A stretch of DNA of 63,777 nt, the filler included, from Rozella allomycis CSF55 (Eukaryota), in the NCBI GenBank assembly GCA_000442015.1. It is 8 parts of 8 records of this genome, joined end to end, with 100 filler letters (N's around TTAATTAATTAA, not from the genome) between each part and the next. Parts side by side here need not be neighbours in the genome. Positions count along the whole stretch, not along the records: positions 28,127 to 44,073 come from KE561019.1; positions 44,174 to 45,418 come from KE561024.1; positions 45,519 to 55,621 come from KE561026.1; 5 more parts are not named here. One strand, 5' to 3'. Positions 34,931 through 48,020 of this stretch are shown here, one piece after another. Every line of letters begins with the position of its first letter. The first letter of the stretch is position 1. Both the position numbers and the translations under genes were made by a program. The notes beneath the pieces are model-generated. The model ran no database searches. It saw nothing but the letters and a program-made list of their open reading frames with translations, and was not told the origin of the DNA.

Positions 34931-37900
34931 ATGACAGTTGTATCGACTGACGACAAGGAGATAATCGAGGCATTAAGGCAAAAGGACGCGTCTCCCCAGA
35001 ACATGGGGCTGACTCAAAAATTTTTGTCCTTGGCATTATCTTTTGCGCTGAAGCATAGCGAGTGTATATTTTGTACGTATGGAAGTTGGTCGATAGAGTT
35101 GTTTGTGTTGTTTACGATGAAGGAGACGAAGAATATCAAAGAGTTTAAGAGTGTAGCGGAGGAGCAGTTGGGGCGATGTTGTGCGTGTGTGGAAGAGTAC
35201 CATTGCAATTTGGAAAAGCTGTTTAGCAAGTATGAAAAGATGTTTGCGAGGGAGCCTTTGATGGAGTTTAAGAGGATTGTGCATGAGTGGAATGTTGGCA
35301 GGCTGGAGAGGGCTATAAAGGAGGGGCAGGTGACGAATGGTAATGTCAGTGGAAGGGTGTTGTATGCCTTTTATGAAGTGTTGAAATATGCTGATTATTT
35401 GAAAGAGGAGAGGATTCAAAAGGTGTTTAATGAGTCTTTGGATATTTTGGTCAAGATGAAGCGGATGTTGAAGGTGAGGGCATTGTTGCCTGGAATATTT
35501 ATGTGTTTGATGCATCCAAATAAGATAACGAGGGGATGGGCGATGGATACTGTGATGAATTTGAAGGAAGAGTATAAAGAAAGAAGGATGGAAAAAGAGG
35601 TGTTTGAGGAGAGTAAACCAGTGTTGAAAATGATACTGAGTGGCAGAGAAGATTCGAATGTTAGTGGGGAAGGAATAGTGTATGCTAATGGGATTTCGAT
35701 GATTATGGGATTTTTGAGTGAAGAGCAATATGAAGAATTGAAAAAGGAAAAGGATTTTATCAATGAGGTGTACGGAAGGATGAAGAAGAGTGAAGAGTTT
35801 GTAATATTGAAGTGTTTCTATTATCATTATAAGATAAATATGAATGAGGCTATTGAAAACTTTAAAGAGTTTATGTTGGAGAGTGAAGATGAGCAGAGCA
35901 AGATGGTGTTACTTGTAGTGGAGAAGTTTAAGGGGGTAAAGGAGATGAAGAAGAAGGAAGATATTGAAATTTATTTTGAGGTGATTAAAGAATTGATGAA
36001 TATTTATTATCCAGTGGAGCATGAGCAGGTGTTGAGGTTGAGTGAGATATTTTTGGAAGAGTTTGATGTTAATGAAGAGTTGAGTAATAAAGTGAGATAT
36101 TTTGGGTATAAAATGATGAAAAGTTTGATTGGATTTCAAAAGAGTGAAGAATATTCAGAGATAATGAAGATTAAAAAGACGAGATGTGTGAAGATGATGA
36201 TTGAAGATTTTAGACAAAAGGGGAATAAAGAGATTAGAGAAGCTAGTTTAGAATTATTTAAAGAGATTATAAAATTTGATTGTAGATTGTTGTATAACTA
36301 TCTTGTTACAATCTTGTGTGAGAATAATTTGAAGGTGAAAGAGATAAAGATAGTTGGAGAAGAGATTTATAGAATAATGTCAAGAATTAATCAAAATGAG
36401 ATTATTGATTTAGATTTGTATTGTTTTGTTATAAATTTCTATTCAAAGGTTGCGATAATTGATGTGACATTTCTTCAAGCGATATTGAAGCATTGCAACT
36501 ATGCAAACACTAAAGAATTTTTAGAAAACATTGAAATATTTAAATCCAAAGTTGGAATTATGAGAGAAATGATTAGAAACTTTCATAAATCATTCCACAA
36601 GGTTGTTGATCATTCTATCTTTGAAGGGAAGAGTAGTGTAGGTTCTATTGCTACTTCTAATACATCTATTGCCACTAATACATCTAATCACACTAATACC
36701 TCTACTACATCTCACAGTCTTGGTTGGTTTGATTGCTTTCATGCATTGCTCAAGTTGAGATGCAGCCCAGTTGAATTGGAAGGGATTTCAATTGAAGGGA
36801 TATTGAAGAATGCTTATAAAGTGAATACAGAAAGTGAAGTTTATTTTAAAATGTTTTCTAGCAATGCGAGTGCAATGATGGAGGCTGTTTGTAGTTTGTT
36901 GGATGAAACATGTCAACTGTTGCAGTTGGGATTACCAATGTCATTCTTGTTGGGACATTTTAATGATTTGTTTAATTTGTGTTTTCCAATAATCTTCAAA
37001 ATTAACAATTCAAGATGTGTTGGGACTATTTTAGATGATGATTTAGAAAAAGATTTCAAGTTGAAATTATTCTTTGATAGTTTTTGGCAATTTGCAATGA
37101 CATTTTTAGAAAAGTCTAGTTTGATATTGAGAATAAAAGAGATTCATAGATATGAACAAAATGTATTGAATGTGTTGAGATTGACACAAACTATATTGAT
37201 AGCATTTACAGATTTAAAGTTGTATGAAATGATAGTGGCTGTTGGTCAAGATAGTTTGATTTCATTTTCAAGAGAAATAGACAGATGGATGCCATGTATT
37301 ACTTTATTAATAGAAATTGGAACATTTGAAATTAAAGAGAAATGTTTTTCTTTACTTTTGTGGATATTTAAAGTAATGTCATTTTCTCAATTGTTTCTAA
37401 CTAATAAATGTTATGAAAATCTAGTCAGAATTTATCAATCAAACATTCTGAATCATGAATCCAATGAAAGATTAAATGAATGGATTCAATCTCTGTCTGA
37501 TCCTTCAATTCAATATGAAAATGAGTTTGATGACATTCCCATCAACACTAGCAGTTTCTTTCAAACTAGTGATGTGAAAGATATTCAACAAGATCAAATT
37601 ATTCTACAGCAAGAGCAAGATCAAAGTATTCTACAACCAGATCAAAGTATTCTGTCAGGTGATATACTGGGAGATGATATTTTAATTGAAAATCAACTTG
37701 AAGTTAATAATGAAGAACAGTTTGAACTACTTGATGCCTTTAAAGAAAACAAACAAGAAGAAGAATTTGAACTACTTGATGCCTTTAAATCAATCTCACC
37801 AATCAACCTAACCACTACTGATACGTTAGATTCTACCGTAGTGAATGATGCTACTCCTGCATTGAATGATAATATTTTAAATGATAATATTTTGAATGAA

Positions 37901-40871
37901 TNAACTGTACCTTCTATAAATAATACTACTTTAAATAATAATACTCCTGCATTGAATGATAATATTTTGAATGAATCTACTTTAAATGATTCTACTTTGA
38001 ATGAATCTAATTCTACATTGAATATTTCCAATCCTTCATTAGAAACGTTAAATTCTACATTACCCGTATTGAATGATGAAACATTGACCCCTTCATTGAC
38101 ATTGAATGAAAATACTCCTACAAATAAAATGGCTAATAGTGATGTTGAAAGNGTTAAATTCCACATTGAATGACCATAAATTGAATGATGAAACATTGAC
38201 CCCTTCATTGACTTTGAATGAAAATACTCCTACAAATAAAATGGCTAATAGTGATGTTGAAAGCTTGGATTTAATGCAACAGGAAATAACTAGCACTACA
38301 AATAGTTTAAAAGAAAAGAGTGAAATATTAAAGAAAACATTTGAAATGAACTCCAATAAGGGTGTTAAATTGATTAATGTGGGAATATCTCATCCAATGG
38401 TCAAAAAAGACAAAAGAGATGAAGGGGTTATTAGTAACAATAATGCTAACAATACTCTCAACACTAATATCAACACTAATACTAATGCTTATCCAATGGT
38501 CATAAATCAACCAACAAATTTCACAAATACAAATCCATCGTTTGATTTGAGAAATGAAATATTGAATTGGAAATATGAAGAATTGAATTCAAATTCAAAC
38601 AATCAAATTGAAATTGAAAATTTAAATAAAATTCCAAATAGTTTTAATTCATTTGAAGAATATTCTAGAACATTTGGACCCTTGTTAATTGAAGAATGTA
38701 AAGCACAAATAATTAAAGCAAAAGAAGAATCAATAAAAGAATTAAACACTAAATGTATTTTAAAAGATGTTACTTGTCTTGATAAAAATATTGATTTAAT
38801 GTTTCAATTAGAATCAAATGTATTCAATACAAATGACATTGTCTTATTAAATAACAAAATTATTGGAATAATGACTGACGTTAATGATAAAAATGAAGGT
38901 CATTTCGCCTACGTTAAAATTAATTCATTTATTGGATTTCAATCTTTAACTAAAAATTCAATTTGGTTTATTTCTAAACTAACAAGCTTCACTACAATCA
39001 ATAGAGAATATCAAGCATTTGTTAATCTATCAAATTCATCTCTTGGAAAATTTATTCTAAATCCAAAATTCAATCAATTCAATCCATTTGATCCTGAATT
39101 CAAACCATTCATCACTCAAACTAGAATAGCTTACAAAGTAAATGAACCACAAGCAGCTGCTGTGTTCTCTTGTTTAAAAGGAAATGATCCCTTTGTTCTT
39201 GTTCAAGGTCCTCCTGGTACCCCCAATTCAAATTACTTCATTTAGGTTCTGGTAAAACTAGAATGATTCTTTGTTTGTTGAGCACTCTTTTAAATCCACC
39301 TTCTTTCATTCCAAATGTTCAATCTGCTAGAAGAATTCTAATTTGTGCTCCATCAAATGCTGCTGTTGATGAAATTGTTAGAAGAATCAACTTTAAAGGT
39401 TTATCAACCGACAATAACAAGATTGTTCATCCTTCCATTGTTAGACTAGGTAAAATAATTTAATCTTTTTTAAATCTAGGTATTTCATTCAATCTCAATT
39501 TTAAATCTAGGCACCTTTGAAGGTATTCATGATTCCACTAGAAAATACACCCTTGATGAATTGGTAAACTCAAACTTAAAATCTTCACACTCTTCTCTCT
39601 TAAATTTAATTCAAGAAAAGAAATCAATCTATTCAAATATTTTATTGGATATTGAAAAACTAAAAAATGAATTTTCTTCTGTTGGTGAATCTAATCTAGA
39701 TCTATTACATAGACTAGATTGCGCCACAAAAGATCAGAAAAAGATTCAAAATGAAATTAGAGAATTAAATAGATCCCTCGATGATAATAGATTCAAACTC
39801 AAACTCAAAATACTTAATGATGCCCAAATCATTTGTTCAACTCTAAGTGCAAGTGCTCACGATATACTCAAAAAAGTTCAATCTTTTGATTTAGTTATTG
39901 TCGATGAAGCTTGTCAGGCTGTTGAATTAAGCACTTTGATTCCATTAAAATATAACCCCAAAAAAGTCATCCTCGTGGGTGATCCAAATCAATTGCCTCC
40001 AACTGTCTTTTCAATGGCAGCTCAGAAATTTCAATATGAACAATCTCTATTCCAAAGATTATCCACTTTCACTAATCCAATTCTACTCTCTGTTCAATAC
40101 AGAATGCATCCTGACATTTCTGCTTTCCCTCGCGAATACTTTTATCAAAACAAACTTGACAATGGAATAAACATGAAAAATTTATGTCAACAACCTTGGC
40201 ATTCTGATCCAATGACTGGGCCTTATTTATTCTTCAACGTTGATGGAAAAGACAAATCTCTACCAAAGAAATCTTTTCTCAATCACCAAGAAGCCCTAGT
40301 CGCTTGCAAGTTGGTTGCTTACTTGTTAAAAAATAACCCTAAAATTAACTTTGAATCAAGAATAGCAATCATCACACCTTACAGAGAACAACGAAATGAA
40401 TTAAATAATGTCTTTTCTAAACACTTTGGTCAGTCCATCTTCAAGTACATTCAAATTGGTACTGTTGATGGATTCCAGGGTCAAGAAAAGGACATTATTA
40501 TCTTTTCTTGCGTCAGAGCTCACTCAGGTATCCTTCATCCATCAACAACAATTAGATCAAGGCATTGGCTTCTTGAGCGACACCAGAAGATTAAACGTTG
40601 CACTCACAAGAGCTAAATATTCGCTTTTTGTTCTAGGCTCTGCTGATGTCTTGTCTCAGAACCCAATTTGGAATGCCCTCATTCTAAACGCTAAACAAAG
40701 AAATCTATTTGCCAACGTAATTTCAATTTTATTCTTTTATAGTACAATCAAGAGTTTTGGAATAGAATTTCTTTCGACTTGAAAAACAACAGCGATAATG
40801 CCATGCATGAAACTCCAAAAAGAAAAAGAGACGATAAAAGAAGAAATAAAAATCAAAAAAGACGCAGATGA
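34931..40871 (+). CDS. SEN1: Sen1/senataxin SF1 RNA/DNA helicase, multi-exon
   Basis: SEN1_N-like start (C..CVEEYH); LVQGPP|GSGKT, ILICAPSNAAVDE, IVDEACQ, VGDPNQLPPT, QYRMHP, TVDGFQGQEKD, RRLNVALTRAK. Confidence 0.93.
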
Positions 40872-40991
40872 TTTAAATAAATTAATTGGCTTGTAAAAAT
40901 AGGCATATTAATTACTATAATGTTCAATGAACTATTAATATCTTTTTATGCTCATTTTTCATGCAATTTTAGCTTTTCAGAAAATTGATAA

Positions 40992-43900
40992 ATGCCGCAA
41001 TATACTCGACAATTTGAAAATGACGATCTTGAAATGGGATCTTGCACATTATCAAACTATCTCACTGCTAAACCTTGGCTAATAGATCAAACATTGTCCA
41101 TGCCCCCTAAATTGGACAATCGAGTAATCAATCAATTCAGCAATTCTCTAGAAAAAGTTGGGCTCCCTTATGGGCGTTGTTATTCCTTGCTTTCTTACTG
41201 CTTTCAATCTACTCTTCTACATTCGCCTCATAACCATTCTAAGATTAGGTGGCCTCAAAACGCTTCTGCTCATCACTGGAATAACGCTTTTCATAGTATG
41301 CATTTGAAGTCGTTTATATAGAGCTTATTAACTGTTGTCTCTATTTGCGCTCTTGCAACAAACGGTGCTATCCCAGGTAACACAGCCCGATTTTTTTCAA
41401 CAGGTGGCGGTGTCTACTACATGATCTCTAGATCTCTCGGCAAAGAATTCGGTACTATCATCGGTTTATTATGGTACATTTCCCTTGTATCCAGTGTCGC
41501 CCTCCATGCCCTATCTGTCGCAAATCTATTCAAACAAACCTTCAATTTAGAGTTTTATGAAGAACTTCGATTAATAGCAGGCGGTATTTTGCTCATCTTG
41601 ATACTCTTGACTCATCTTGGTATACGAACTGTACATTGATACTATATTTTATTAGCGAAAGATTTCAATTGCAAGTGTGCCCCTAGTCATTCTGGTCATT
41701 TTTACATGGTGTATTTTGACTATTTCAACATTTAAAACTCAATTGACTGAAATATCTTCGTTTGTAGGCAATATAGCGGAACACTGGAATCAGCCATTAT
41801 CGTCGTCCTTGTCAGGATTAATGCTACTCTTTTGTCCATCAGTGACAGGAATCATGACTGGAACAAATAGGGCAGCTGTCTTGAAAAATCCTTCAAAATC
41901 AATTCCCTTTGGAACATTTCTTGCATATTGTTCTTCGAACATTTTGTGTAACCAAATGATTAATTAGGTGACATAGATCTGATAATAATCATGGTTTTCG
42001 CAGGCAATTCTTCTCATCAGTATATTGCAGCTTCTGAGACTTCCCTTCCTTTGATTTTCAATGATAAACCACTCGCCTTAAAATTGATTATATTCATAGG
42101 AATCACTATAAGCGCATGCGGCGCTGCCGTGCATTCATTAATTGGGTAAGTTACATTGTTAATTTGCAAAGTGCATCAAGAATCCTTCACATGATAGCGA
42201 ACGATGAGGTTTTGATAAGGCTAAAGTTCTTGCAAAAAACTTATTGGAGAAATGAACCATTCCGGTCTTTGTGGGTGTCTTTTCTGTTTGGTTTCATGAT
42301 CACAATGATAGGAGATATTCCCCAAGTTTCAGAGATCACAACCATGTATTAATTACTAACCATTAAGATTAGTCTATTTCTGATATGTTTTATTATATTG
42401 CATTTCGCTGCAGCAATTCAAGGTTTCCTAAATAATCCCAGTTGGAGGCCCTCATGGAAGTGGTATCATTGGTAAAACGATTCCAAATTCTTCAAAAGGT
42501 CAATATCCGCTGTTGGGGCTATAAGTGGTTTTGTATTAATATTTTGGATGAATTGGATTATTTCTGTTATTTTAATGTCTATTATTACTGTCGGATACAG
42601 ATACGTAGAATACAAAGGGTATATTACCTTCAAAATGAGATCAGTATAGGGCTGAAAAACATTGGGGAAATGGACTTGTTGGTTTAAACTTGCAGATAGC
42701 GCTGAAAAATTTACTCAAGCTGGAAAGGAATAACGAGATTATGATGTCCAGAAATTGGAGGCCTCAAATATTATTGCTGGTCAATATCCAGTCCACCGAA
42801 TCCACGGGCCTAATTTCGTTTGTAGGGAAGTTAAAAAAAGGTATATATTCACCTTCAGTTCTTTAAAGGCAGCGGATTACTTATTTTGGCGTATGTTTTG
42901 AAAGGATCAATTTTTGATGAATCGTTATTGGAAGAGAAGAAGAGTGTTTTTAATGTAACTTTGTAATTTATTCTTTTTAAGGCTTTACATACTATTCTTA
43001 CGAACAGGAAGATCGATGGGTTCGTTGAAGTGTTAATTGCAAACTCGTTACAAGAAGGAATATCATCGAGGTAACACTAATAACAAAATATATTTAGTTT
43101 GCAGACATCCGGGTTAGGACTTTTGAGACCCAACACCGTCTTTATTGGGATGTTTGCAGAGAGACACGCCAAAGACGCGACCTTTGCCTTAAAATACATG
43201 AGTAAAAATTGAATGGTTTTAATTACCAGACTTGATTGAAACGATACTGCAACTGGATCAGGTTCTTGTTATTTCAAAATCGACGAACAAAATCGACGGG
43301 GAATCGATTGATGTATGGTGGATGATGCGTAAATCGCAATAAAAACATATAAAGATGACGGTGGATTACTAATCCTTTTACCATATTTATTACGGAAGCA
43401 TAAAGACTTTAGGAAATGTCAATTGAGAATATTCGCACTAGCAGGTATCGATGTGAGTAGGCTCATAATAAGGATTGAATGATAACAGTATTCTTATGAA
43501 GTCAGAGTTAGAGACCTTAATTATGGAACATTACCGCATCGAAGCAGTGATCGAGGTTGTAGAGCTTGCAGGTGAATATCTTGACGAAAAAACACGGGAC
43601 GTAAAAGAGAGAAAAGAGGTCTATAATAAACTTCATCTGGACCCCTATTTTGACGTAAAGTGTCATTCGAATAAATAGACAGATGGATATATCAAAAGAG
43701 AAGACAAAATTCACCAATATCCCTCCGTCTTTGTCCCCATTAATGTTTCGAAAGAATTTAAATGCCCAAGAAAAAAGCCAATTGAAACTATATCGAAGAA
43801 TTAATCAGTTGATAATGGCGAATTCGGCAAATGCTAACCATGTCTTTTGTAATTGCCCAGCGCCTAAGAAGGAACTGGATCCTGTATCATGTAATCTGAT

Positions 43901-44010
43901 AAGTCGTCTAAAAATTAGATTTAGAATATTTAAGTGTTTTAACAAATGGAATTAACGATATATCCCTAATAAAGGGAACTGGCAAAGAAGTCATTTCTGT
44001 ATATTTTTAA
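40992..44010 (+). CDS. SLC12 cation-chloride cotransporter, many tiny introns
   Basis: [94 protein letters not shown]. Confidence 0.9.
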
Positions 44011-44035
44011 ATAAATTAGGATTACCGTTAAACCA

Positions 44036-44073
44036 GCTCTATTGGCGCAATTGGTTAGCGCGTTCGGCTGTTA
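44036..44073 (+). tRNA. tRNA-Asn(GTT), 5' half (cut by gap)
   Basis: GCTCTATTGGCGCAATTGGTTAGCGCGTTCGGCTGTTA: D arm GCGC/GCGC and anticodon arm TTCGG-CTGTTA. Confidence 0.8.
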
Positions 44074-44281
44074 NNNNNNNNNNNNNNNNNNNNNNNNNNN
44101 NNNNNNNNNNNNNNNNNTTAATTAATTAANNNNNNNNNNNNNNNNNNNNNNNNNNNNNNNNNNNNNNNNNNNNCATTATTATATCTACTAAACTTCAAAC
44201 AAACACATTTTCAATGAAACGATCGAAACAGATAGGAAACTTTCATTATCTTAAACGCCTCCGGCTATTGTAAGGGGGTAA

Positions 44282-44837
44282 TGTCGTACCTAGCCCATGG
44301 GGGACACCTGTAGTATGGTCGGATATCAAACTCCAGATAAGGCTTATACGATACCTTTAAACATTTATCAACATGAATATTACAACCATTCGTGATGAAT
44401 CTCAACGATGTTACCTTAACACCGACTACGACCCTCAGGGGGGACACCTGCAGTAAGGTCGGATATCAAGGTCAACATAAGAGTCTTTGGATACATTTAA
44501 TAGCAACTAATACAAATGTAACAACCATTTGCGGATCTGAAATATAAGTGACAATTTTTGTACCAGGGATTCTCATCCCACTTCCATTGTCACATCAGGA
44601 ATTCTCATCACTTCTTAGAATAATTATCAAAGCAAAGAATCTCTTAATCCTGACGAATCTCTATTCTGAGAAAGGATACTATTTATAGAAAGGACCAAAC
44701 ATATAAAACTCCAAGGAGATATCAATAAATAGAACGGAGGATAATTCATTCTCAATCGACATCTGTTTTACTCTTTTATCTTTCGATTGACTATCCAATT
44801 TATGAGGATTAAGATACTATAGGCGCATGGAGCGACA
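44282..44837 (+). mobile_element. LTR family A, probable 3' LTR (long variant)
   Basis: Preceded by PPT-like AAGGGGGTAA; termini TGTCG...CGACA; AATAAA. An internal ~140-nt tandem unit occurs at about 44298 and 44439. The 3' half is homologous to 52081-52418 and 59800-60065. Confidence 0.7.
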
Positions 44838-45130
44838 ATTGTCACAATATTATATTTTTCAGTTTTCACTAATATTGTCAATCTCACAATAATTGATTGT
44901 TGACTCTGTCCTTCCAACAATATATTGACAATAGTATTTTCCCCAGCCCTGCTAAAGGCGATTCGCCCATGTACATGGCAATCGCCATCTGGAAGCTCCA
45001 TGGTGTGACAACTGACAGTATCTCCATCGAACATCCCAGGCTGATTCCCAAAGAATTAAGATAAGAGTGTTTATGGAAAGCGGAAACGCAATTTATAAAT
45101 AAATCTATTTTAAGTTTAACTTTTAAAAAA

Positions 45131-45418
45131 ATGTCCAAACAAAGCAATATTGAACTATTGAACTCATGTTCTTTCATACCCCTGTCAAAAATGATGAGCA
45201 AAGAACGGCTCTTGAATTGGGTTGAAACCAACTGTTTGGATGAAGCACTAAAAGAATCTATCAAGACTTTTATCTGGAAAGCTCCTTTCGATTCCTTGAT
45301 GAAACTGACCGAGGCACAATGGGCGAAGAAGGGCTTTGATATTTGGGGAGAATTTATTTTCAATGAGCTGCATCCAGAAAGTAAGTATCAAAGTTTGAAT
45401 AAATAAATAGGTACTGTC
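45131..45418 (+). CDS. SAM-like N-terminal exon, possibly the header of a CR effector; cut by gap
   Basis: KERLLNWV...F....FDSLMKLTEAQWAKKGFDIWGEFIFNEL fits a SAM pattern; 30-nt phase-1 intron 45381-45410. Confidence 0.5.
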
Positions 45419-45518
45419 NNNNNNNNNNNNNNNNNNNNNNNNNNNNNNNNNNNNNNNNNNNNTTAATTAATTAANNNNNNNNNNNNNNNNNNNNNNNNNN
45501 NNNNNNNNNNNNNNNNNN

Positions 45519-48020
45519 TTTCAGCGGCATATTCTGTTTTGGATAGTTTTTCAGCGTTCAAGGATGGAAGGGTAAGAATCTAAATATACAATGTCTGTAG
45601 TTAAATTTGCTTTTTGGCCAAACATAAGATAATGAGGAGTAAACATAGTGGATTCAACAATACTAGAATTATATGCAAGGGCAACCATCGGTAAATAAAT
45701 TTCCCAATTATTTTGACTTTCATTGATAAATATAGATAAAGAATTTGATATAAAATTGTTGATATGCTTCACTCTTCCTAATGTTTGATGATGATATGCT
45801 GTGGATGTAGAAGTTGGTATTTGAAGAATTTCGGTCAGAGATTTGAAAAACTTACCCATGAATTGACTTCCTTGATCTGGCCAAATTTTATGAGGAAAAC
45901 CAAAAATACAAATCCATTGATTAACAAAAGCTTCTCCTGCAGTTTCTGCTCGCAAATTTTTGAAAAGGCATAAACATGACATACCTCGTGAATAGNGAAA
46001 AGGCATAAACATGACATACGTCGTGAATAGATCCCTAATTACTAATATGTATTCATATTTCATACCCTGTTTTAGTCTTTGGCAAAGGTCCGTAAAAATC
46101 TTATCCAACAATTTCGTGAGGTTTCGACACTAATATAGGTTTCAACAATCCATTCTTTTTCGCGGCAAGGGCTTTCTTGGCAACACAACTTTTACAACTT
46201 CGAATCCTTAATTTAACATCACGACGTATACAATCCCAATAAAAACGTTCTGAAATTTTTTGAAATGTCTTAAAAATCCCTAAATGACCTGCTAGTGGAA
46301 TATCATGATTTTCATGTATAACTTTGGTTACTAAACATCTTGGAACAACTAATAAAGTATCGATCGTAACAAATTCAGTCTTTTTATATATGTTTTCGTA
46401 TACAACAATCCGTTTTTCATCACATAATAAATTTGGCTTTTAGTAAAACGCTTCTGTAACTTAATATCCTCGGGCGAAATTCCGTTCTCCAAAAACAAAA
46501 TAAATAAAGATAGATACGAATCAGACCTTTGAGCTTGTTTCCATTCGTTTTTCTTGAACTTCGTGAAATTACTAAAAACGGTAAGAGATAGACAACTTGC
46601 AAATAAACTACCTTCATAATGAGAAAAGTTCATTACGTAATTTTGGTACGGATTAATGACTGCTTCGTTCGTATTGGGACATCTTGAAAGAGCATCAGCA
46701 ACAACATTTTCCTTTCCGTGTCTGTGTTTCGCAATAAAATCAAATTCCTGTAGCGCTAGTGACCAACGGGCAAGGCGTCCTTTCGTCATAATCGAGTTCA
46801 TCAACCATTTCACGGCAGAATGGTCAGTAAAATAAACACACTTTGACCCCCTTAAAGATAAATTCTGAATTTTTCACAAGCGTAAACCACAGCTAAAGCT
46901 TCTTTCTCAAGCGTCGAATATGTCAATTCCAACGGTTGTAACACTCTAGAAGTACACGCAAAAATTTTTTCTCCAGAATCCAGACTCTGACTTAGTACAC
47001 CAGCAATTCCTTNACAAGGCGTCCTTTCGTTGTACTCGAGTTAAACAACCATTTCACGGCAGAATTGTCAGTAAAAAGAACGAGTTTTGACCCTAAAAGA
47101 TAAATTCTGAATTTTTCACAAGCGTAAACCACAGCCAAAGCTTCTTTCTCATGCGTCGACTATTTCAATTCCAACGGTTGTAACACTCTAGTAGTACACG
47201 CAATAACTTTTTCTCCAGACTCCAGACTCTGAATTGGTAGACCAGCAATTCCTTCGTCACTTGCATCGGTCGATAAAATAAACGGTTTGGAATAGTCGGG
47301 ATGAAACAAACAAGGGTTTTCTTCGCAAAGAATTTTCTTTATAGCGGTCATTGCATTATCACAAGATGTAGTCCAATCAAAAACAGAATTGTTGTGAGAC
47401 AAATTATAGAGTAGTTTCGCAAGGGCGGCAATTTTAGTAAATAGCTAAACCGATGAATGATCGTACCGCTGTTTTGTTCTTAATTGAATTGCTTCCATTT
47501 TAAATGGGTCTGGCGTTGTTCCATTTGCATTTACAATATGTCCTAGATACTTAACTTCTTCAACACATAAATGACACTTGCGTGGTTTCAAAGATAATTG
47601 ATGCTCATCTAATGTAATAAAACTTCTTCTAAATCTTTCAAACGTTGGTCAAGGGGGCTGAAAAAAATTATAATATCATCTAAATAAACTAAACTACACT
47701 GCCATTTCAAACCTGCAAGAACACTATCCATAAGTCGTTGAAACGTGGCCGGTGCATTTGTCAATCCAATAGGCATACGCGCCGGTACAACAAGTCCATA
47801 GGGAGTGATGAAAGCAGCACATTCTCGAGTTGTTCTATCCATTTTAATTTGCCAATATCCTGAAGCCAGATCCAAAGATGAAAATATTTTGCCTGTTCCT
47901 AATGATGCTAAAGCGTCGTCTATTCTTGGGATAGGGTAGGTGTCACGTTTCGTAATTTGATTCAATTTTCGATATTCAATACAGACGCGAAAAGTACCAT
48001 CAGACTTTTTAACTAATAAA
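45519..48020 (-). mobile_element. Ty3/gypsy pol fragments (RT-RNaseH-IN), disrupted
   Basis: YPIPRIDD, SLDLASGYWQ, LVYLDDIII, LSTDASD, RLARWSLALQEFDF, ADALSR, DQGSQF, LAYNS; stops and frameshifts. Confidence 0.92.

Noticed and set aside
37560..38480. Short repeats in SEN1 (EQFELLDAFK x2, NDNIL, DQSIL)
   Set aside because: Low-complexity linker plus overlap artefacts; no repeat-spacer structure, so not CRISPR.
44548..44845. GTGACAAT/ATTGTCAC inverted flanks around part of the LTR
   Set aside because: Only 8 bp in AT-rich DNA; insufficient to call TIRs.
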